A stretch of DNA of 40,620 nucleotides from an uncultured archaeon (GTDB taxonomy: Archaea; Asgardarchaeota; Thorarchaeia; Thorarchaeales; Thorarchaeaceae): positions 65,469 through 106,088 of the forward strand of contig CAZSWP010000004.1 of the NCBI GenBank assembly GCA_964610875.1. Reading direction: 5' to 3'. Position numbers and translations under genes: made by a program. Of this stretch, positions 35,672 through 40,620 are shown one piece after another (position 1 is the first letter of the stretch; every line of letters begins with the position of its first letter). A model generated the notes under the pieces. That model was given only the letters and a program-made list of their open reading frames with translations, was not told the DNA's origin and made no database searches.

Positions 35672-37900
35672 ATGACCGATAAATCTCCTATCTACTTGGA
35701 CTTTAATGCAACAACACCCATTGCCAAAGAAGTCGCTGATGAGATGGCCCCTTACCTGTATGAACACTTTGGGAATCCCTCTAGTACTCACTCCTATGGC
35801 GCTTTGACAAAGAAAGCAATCGAAAAGGCAAGAACACAAGTTGGTTCATTGCTAAATTGTAGTCCTCACGAGATCATATTCACAAGTGGTGGGACTGAGA
35901 GTAATAACTATGCGATCAAAGGAGTAGCAAAAGCATACAGGTCAAAGGGCAATCATATCGTCACTTCTGCAATTGAACATCCCGCTGTAGCAGAAGTATG
36001 CAATTCTCTGGAAGAAGAAGGGTTCAAAATCACGGTACTTCCAGTTGATGAGTATGGTCTTGTGAATCCTGATGACCTTCGAAAATCCATGACTCCCGAA
36101 ACGATCCTTGTCACCATCATGCATGCCAATAATGAGATTGGAACAATTCAGCCAATTGCAGAACTGGCTGATATTGCACATGAATATGGTGCATTAATGC
36201 ACACCGATGCAGCGCAGTCCATTGGTAAGGTCCCAGTCGCAATTGATGAACTCGAAGTTGATCTTCTCTCAGTCGCAGGACACAAATTATACGCTCCTAA
36301 GGGAATAGGCGTGCTCTACATGAAATCTGGAGTCAAGCTTGCGAAACTGATGCACGGTGCCAATCATGAATCTGACCGACGTCCTGGTACTGAGAATGTC
36401 TTAGAGATTGTTGGACTCGGAAAAGCCTGTGAGATTGCAGGAAGAGACCTATCGAAGAACATGAAGCATTTCCAAAAGACCCGTGATCGATTACATGAAG
36501 GTCTGTGTGACCAACTTGGTGAAGATAAAGTCAAATTGAATGGTCATCCCGAGAAGCGATTACCAAACACCTTGAGTCTGAGTTTCAGAGGCGTTGAGGC
36601 GAACACATTGCTCTCTGAAATCGGAGATAGAGTTGCTGCATCTGCAGGTGCTGCATGCCATGCAGAGGAGGTTGAGGTCTCCAAGGTCTTAGAAGCAATC
36701 AAGTTGCCTATAGAGTGGGCTATGGGTACAGTCAGATTCTCTGTAGGTCACTCCACAACAGTCAAGGAGGTAGATGAAGTAATCAAGATTGTTGCCGAAG
36801 CTGTGAAGAGGTTACAACCAGAATCAACTAAACTTGTTCTCCCAGAAATGGGGGGAACAAAAGAGTACAAGCTCACTCAGTATACCCACGGTCTGGGTTG
36901 TGCTTGTAAACTTCGGCCACAGGCTCTCGAACAGGTACTAAGAGACCTTCCTATTCCTACTGATGAATCCATCATTGTCGGTGTAGAGACTGCCGATGAT
37001 GCTGCTGTGTACAAGATGAGTGACGAACTCGCTATTGTGGAAACTGTCGATTTCTTCACACCAATTGTTGATGACCCCTATTGGTTCGGAGCAATCTCCG
37101 CTGCCAATTCTCTGAGTGATATCTATGCGATGGGCGCAAAGCCCCTGTTTGCATTGAATATCGTTGGATTTCCATCAAACAGACTTCCCTTGTCTGTACT
37201 CAAAGAGATTCTAAGAGGTGCGCAGGATAAAGCGAATGAGGCTGGCATCAGTATTGTTGGTGGTCACACGGTAGATGACACGGAACCAAAGTTCGGTCTT
37301 GCGGTCACGGGTGTCGTTCATCCAGACATGGTACTTCGGAACAGCACTCCTCAACCTGGTGATGTATTAGTCTTGACAAAACCCATTGGGCTTGGCATCA
37401 TCTCAACTGGGGTTAAGAGAGGTCTAGTTGACCAAAGCATAGCTGATGAAGCAAGAGACCTCATGGCTGAACTGAACAAGAACGCTGCTGAAGCCATGAT
37501 CGCCGTAGGTGTGAATGCCTGTACAGATATCACAGGATTTGGACTGCTCGGACATCTGAGAGAGATGGCTGCTGGTGGAAAGGTGGATATTGAGGTCTAT
37601 GCAAGTAAGGTCCCAGTTATACAAGAAGCGAGGTCTCTTGCAGGGGGAGATGTAGTTCCCGGCGGCACTCTCGACAATCTTGCCCACGTACGACCACATG
37701 TTGAATTTGATGAAAAATTATCGCAGCTTGACCAGATATTACTCGCAGATGCACAGACATCAGGAGGACTTCTAATTTGTGTCCCCGAGAAGCGATGCGA
37801 TAATCTTCTCAAAGAACTTGAGCAGAGAGGAGTTGAGACTCGGGCTGTAGTAGGCAGAGTTTTAGGAAATGGCAGTGGACGGTTATTCGTGAAAGAGTGA
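35672..37900 (+). CDS. selD: Fusion of a NifS-like cysteine desulfurase/selenocysteine lyase with selenophosphate synthetase SelD (probable start ATG 35672)
   Basis: N-half: YLDFNATTP, FGNPSS, FTSGGTESNN, HTDAAQ, the PLP lysine in GHKLYAPKG, RPGTEN and SAGAACH. C-half: GLGCACK, DDAAVY, TVDFFTPIVDDPY.FG.I.AANSLSD.YAMG, GGHT, TDITGFGLLGH and DAQTSGGLL. No stop codon lies between the halves. Confidence 0.95.
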   Translation: MTDKSPIYLDFNATTPIAKEVADEMAPYLYEHFGNPSSTHSYGALTKKAIEKARTQVGSLLNCSPHEIIFTSGGTESNNYAIKGVAKAYRSKGNHIVTSAIEHPAVAEVCNSLEEEGFKITVLPVDEYGLVNPDDLRKSMTPETILVTIMHANNEIGTIQPIAELADIAHEYGALMHTDAAQSIGKVPVAIDELEVDLLSVAGHKLYAPKGIGVLYMKSGVKLAKLMHGANHESDRRPGTENVLEIVGLGKACEIAGRDLSKNMKHFQKTRDRLHEGLCDQLGEDKVKLNGHPEKRLPNTLSLSFRGVEANTLLSEIGDRVAASAGAACHAEEVEVSKVLEAIKLPIEWAMGTVRFSVGHSTTVKEVDEVIKIVAEAVKRLQPESTKLVLPEMGGTKEYKLTQYTHGLGCACKLRPQALEQVLRDLPIPTDESIIVGVETADDAAVYKMSDELAIVETVDFFTPIVDDPYWFGAISAANSLSDIYAMGAKPLFALNIVGFPSNRLPLSVLKEILRGAQDKANEAGISIVGGHTVDDTEPKFGLAVTGVVHPDMVLRNSTPQPGDVLVLTKPIGLGIISTGVKRGLVDQSIADEARDLMAELNKNAAEAMIAVGVNACTDITGFGLLGHLREMAAGGKVDIEVYASKVPVIQEARSLAGGDVVPGGTLDNLAHVRPHVEFDEKLSQLDQILLADAQTSGGLLICVPEKRCDNLLKELEQRGVETRAVVGRVLGNGSGRLFVKE

Positions 37901-37927
37901 TTTATCCTACCGATGGTTTCATTCTAT

Positions 37928-39070
37928 CTATCGACAGAGAATGTCATGGGCGTTCTTTAGCTGCTCAATGATGTCAATACTCTGAGGACACTTTTCCAAG
38001 CACTCGCCGCACTCAACACATGCTGATGCATCTTTTCCTTTAGCCCATGGCACCTGTCCAATTCGCGAATAGAGATATTTCGCTTGGTCCCTAACACCAT
38101 AGATTTGGTATCTCTGTAGTGCATTGAAAATGAAGCTGATATTGACCTCATTTGGACATGGCTCACAGTATTTGCATCCAGTGCAAACTAGATCACACAG
38201 CTCTTTGAATTTCTTCGCGATATTATCTATTGCTTCCTTTTCCTTATCCGATACATGATTGTAATCCTCTCGTGATGTGATGCTGAGATTGTCTTCCAAC
38301 ATCTCATCCGATCCCATTCCAGAAAGTGCAACTGACACATTCGGATTACTCAATACAAATTTCAAAGCCAAATCGACAAAGTTCTTTCTTCTGGGTGATA
38401 GCCAATCTTTCATCTCGTCCGGAAGGTCAGTTCCTGCTAATCGCCCTCCACCAACAGGTCCCATAATAGCAACTGCAAGGCCTTTCTCACCAGCATAATT
38501 GATCATCTCATGATTGACTTGGTCCACGATGTTGTATTGTACAAGCATCAGTTCGAAATGCCCAGAATCGATGATTTCCTTTAAGACCTCTGGGGTGTCA
38601 TGGAACGAGAAACCTAGATGTTTGATTTTTCCTTGCTGCTTTGCTTCCATGGCGCGCTCAATGAGATTCATTCCAAATATCTTCTCTTTGAATAGCTTCT
38701 CGTTGATGGCATGAAATAAGTAAATATCCACAAAGTCAAGATCTAACCTCTCTAGTTGTTCATCTAGAAATCTGTCAAAATCCGACGGTTCAGTGAAGTC
38801 TTTTGATCCGACAGGGGATTTAGTGACCAATGTCACTTTTTCGCGATATCCTTCCTTCAGTGCTAATCCAACTACTACTTCACTCTCTCCTCCATGATAG
38901 GTCCATGCTGTATCCACATAGTTGATTCCACTGTCAATACCTTTACGAATCAATTTGATTGCTTCATCTTGGTCAATCTTACCATCTTCTTCTACTGTTG
39001 GTAAGCGCATACATCCATATCCCAAGGCTGAAACTTCATTCTTTATTTTTCCAAGTTTTCGATACTGCAT
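37928..39070 (-). CDS. Aldo/keto reductase with a C-terminal 4Fe-4S dicluster domain (probable start ATG 39070)
   Basis: MQYRKLGK, LGYGCMRLP, GINYVDTAWTYH, CTGCKYCEPCP and CVECGECLEKCPQ. Confidence 0.93.
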   Translation of the reverse strand: MQYRKLGKIKNEVSALGYGCMRLPTVEEDGKIDQDEAIKLIRKGIDSGINYVDTAWTYHGGESEVVVGLALKEGYREKVTLVTKSPVGSKDFTEPSDFDRFLDEQLERLDLDFVDIYLFHAINEKLFKEKIFGMNLIERAMEAKQQGKIKHLGFSFHDTPEVLKEIIDSGHFELMLVQYNIVDQVNHEMINYAGEKGLAVAIMGPVGGGRLAGTDLPDEMKDWLSPRRKNFVDLALKFVLSNPNVSVALSGMGSDEMLEDNLSITSREDYNHVSDKEKEAIDNIAKKFKELCDLVCTGCKYCEPCPNEVNISFIFNALQRYQIYGVRDQAKYLYSRIGQVPWAKGKDASACVECGECLEKCPQSIDIIEQLKNAHDILCR

Positions 39071-39356
39071 GGTCACCCATCTCATCCTTTTCCCCTGTTG
39101 TGGAAAAGGCTTGTTAAATCCACGCTTTTGTAGCAATCGATTCAGTTTCTGGAAGAATATCCATTTGAGATGTACTCCGAACATATGTTGTGATTTCTAT
39201 TACCTAGTTTAAACAAGAACTAGTATGGTAGAAAAGTATAAATGAATTATTGATTTTTGCATAAAGTTATAAAGCTTGATATGCATGATATTTCCATGGG
39301 AGAGGATGTCAATACACGAATTCTCTTCCAGGAAAAGCAATTGAGGCGAATTTAGA

Positions 39357-40370
39357 ATGAAAAAACAAACAATCGGAGTGCTATTGTTGATGATATTTTT
39401 TGCATCAAGCATAGCGTTCGTTGAGCCTGTTGCGGCAACTCCTGGAGTTGGCGGAGCTCCACCTGACGTTTATACATTAGGAAATGATCTTGAAACGAGG
39501 GCAGTCCAATATGGTTCAGACACCTATTACTATGGTGTGTATACCACTACTGGACTCAGTTATGATCTGTTTCTCGATGGACCTAACGTGAACACCCTCC
39601 ATCTCAATCTGTTCAACAAGGACTATGTCAAAAGCAATGATTTGACGGTTCAGAAGATTGTTGCTTGGAGACCCATCTTCTTGATAGAGAGTGAGTCTTG
39701 GTATTCACACACACTCGAATATGCTAGCTCTGTTTCAACAAAGACCACCACAGAATTCACTACTGAAATTGATATTGGGGATGGTTCAGATGGAGTCACG
39801 CTAGAAGAAGGAGGCACTCAAACCACTTCAAGCACTAGTGCTTATGGATGGAGCGTAACAGCATCCGGTGGAGACACCAAAGTTGTATATGTGAGAATGG
39901 TGTTCCTTCGTGTCACTGGTTCCATCACCTACAACAAATACCTCGGATTCTTCATCTGGAGTCAAGTGACTTACGACTATGATGTCACGGTTCTTGAAAA
40001 CGTAGACATGAGTAATATAGTCACAGTGACCAACCCATCCTCTGATCTTCCTATGACGGATACTGAACTCTTTGAAGTTGAAGGCACTACTCTGGTGAAA
40101 CATTATGGTCTAGGAGATGCTTGGTATAGTTATTCTGAGGTCTCCGAAATATCTGACTATTTTGCTTTATCATTGAACTATGCTGGGGCTACTTTTTCGG
40201 GGTCAGTTGAGATCACATCCAGTACATCAACGAGTGTAAAGCATCATTTTGTAGGAGATTTCCCGAGTTCATACGAGTACTTCTACTACATTGTTGATAA
40301 CTACTTCAGTCTGAACATCGTTTCCATTTATGATGGAGGCGGTGGCGGCGGTGGACCAGTAATAATGTGA
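39357..40370 (+). CDS. Secreted Ser/Thr-rich beta protein of unknown function (aerolysin/ETX-MTX2-like features)
   Basis: MKK plus a hydrophobic signal peptide, Ser/Thr-alternating strands, a C-terminal GGGGGGGPVIM and no TM anchor. Confidence 0.75.
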   Translation: MKKQTIGVLLLMIFFASSIAFVEPVAATPGVGGAPPDVYTLGNDLETRAVQYGSDTYYYGVYTTTGLSYDLFLDGPNVNTLHLNLFNKDYVKSNDLTVQKIVAWRPIFLIESESWYSHTLEYASSVSTKTTTEFTTEIDIGDGSDGVTLEEGGTQTTSSTSAYGWSVTASGGDTKVVYVRMVFLRVTGSITYNKYLGFFIWSQVTYDYDVTVLENVDMSNIVTVTNPSSDLPMTDTELFEVEGTTLVKHYGLGDAWYSYSEVSEISDYFALSLNYAGATFSGSVEITSSTSTSVKHHFVGDFPSSYEYFYYIVDNYFSLNIVSIYDGGGGGGGPVIM

Positions 40371-40400
40371 AACCACCATTTTGGAAATGGTAATAGTGTA

Positions 40401-40440
40401 AAGAGGGATATCTTATTCTGATATTCCTCTTCTTTTTTTT
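40401..40440 (+). terminator. Stem-loop plus U-tract terminator
   Basis: AAGAGGGATATC / GATATTCCTCTT, a 12-bp stem with one G-U pair, followed by T8. A second small hairpin lies at 40375-40391. Confidence 0.7.
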
Positions 40441-40552
40441 CAGCTGTTTTACTAATGATAGGGCAAGATGCACGTCTGAATGCCTGTTTGAATGAATATT
40501 TTTATACTCTCTAAACAACGCTACAAATATTCAATTATTTGGAGGCTTGTGG

Positions 40553-40620
40553 ATGGAGATTGTGGACAAACCGTTCATTGTAAGTTGGACAAATCTGGAC
40601 ACCAAAGCTTTGTCCTCCCA
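40553..40620 (+). CDS. Possible start of a gene truncated by the window end
   Basis: GGAGG at 40541, then ATG 40553 open to the end (MEIVDKPFIVSWTNL...). Too short to assign. Confidence 0.3.
   Translation, partial: MEIVDKPFIVSWTNLDTKALSS

Noticed and set aside
36899-36901. Selenocysteine (UGA) in SelD and a SECIS downstream
   Set aside because: The active-site codon is TGT (Cys). Read-through of the terminal TGA at 37900 runs into the convergent gene with no meaningful sequence. The other TGA-ending ORFs appear complete.

Overview
This is an archaeal, roughly 40% GC, gene-dense window whose gene repertoire most resembles an Asgard archaeon (Thorarchaeota-like). The taxonomy is inferred from gene families such as LRR-PCI-Zn-ribbon, small TPR proteins, C-terminally anchored surface proteins and GGAGG/GGTGA-type RBS; it was not tested. 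Core genes: the 3' end of a FEN1-like nuclease, a glutaconate-type CoA-transferase A/B pair with a HAD hydrolase, a complete B12-dependent methylmalonyl-CoA mutase operon (B12-binding subunit, MeaB, large subunit, epimerase), threonine aldolase, an MFS transporter, biotin ligase, RNase HIII, an aldo/keto reductase and a NifS/Sec-lyase-SelD fusion. I found no rRNA, tRNA, CRISPR array or transposase. The most interesting items: (1) an apparently inactivated HExxH membrane-peptidase homologue overlapping a 2591-aa alpha/alpha-barrel + Ig-repeat surface protein, convergent with a histidine kinase that has a degenerate ATP site; (2) a roughly 100-nt leader upstream of the CoA-transferase with mutually exclusive stems; (3) a GLMP/SAARP-like surface protein next to a membrane-anchored wHTH sensor; (4) the SCLY-like-SelD fusion; (5) a secreted protein with aerolysin-like features; (6) a CTG-initiated TPR gene missed by the ORF track.
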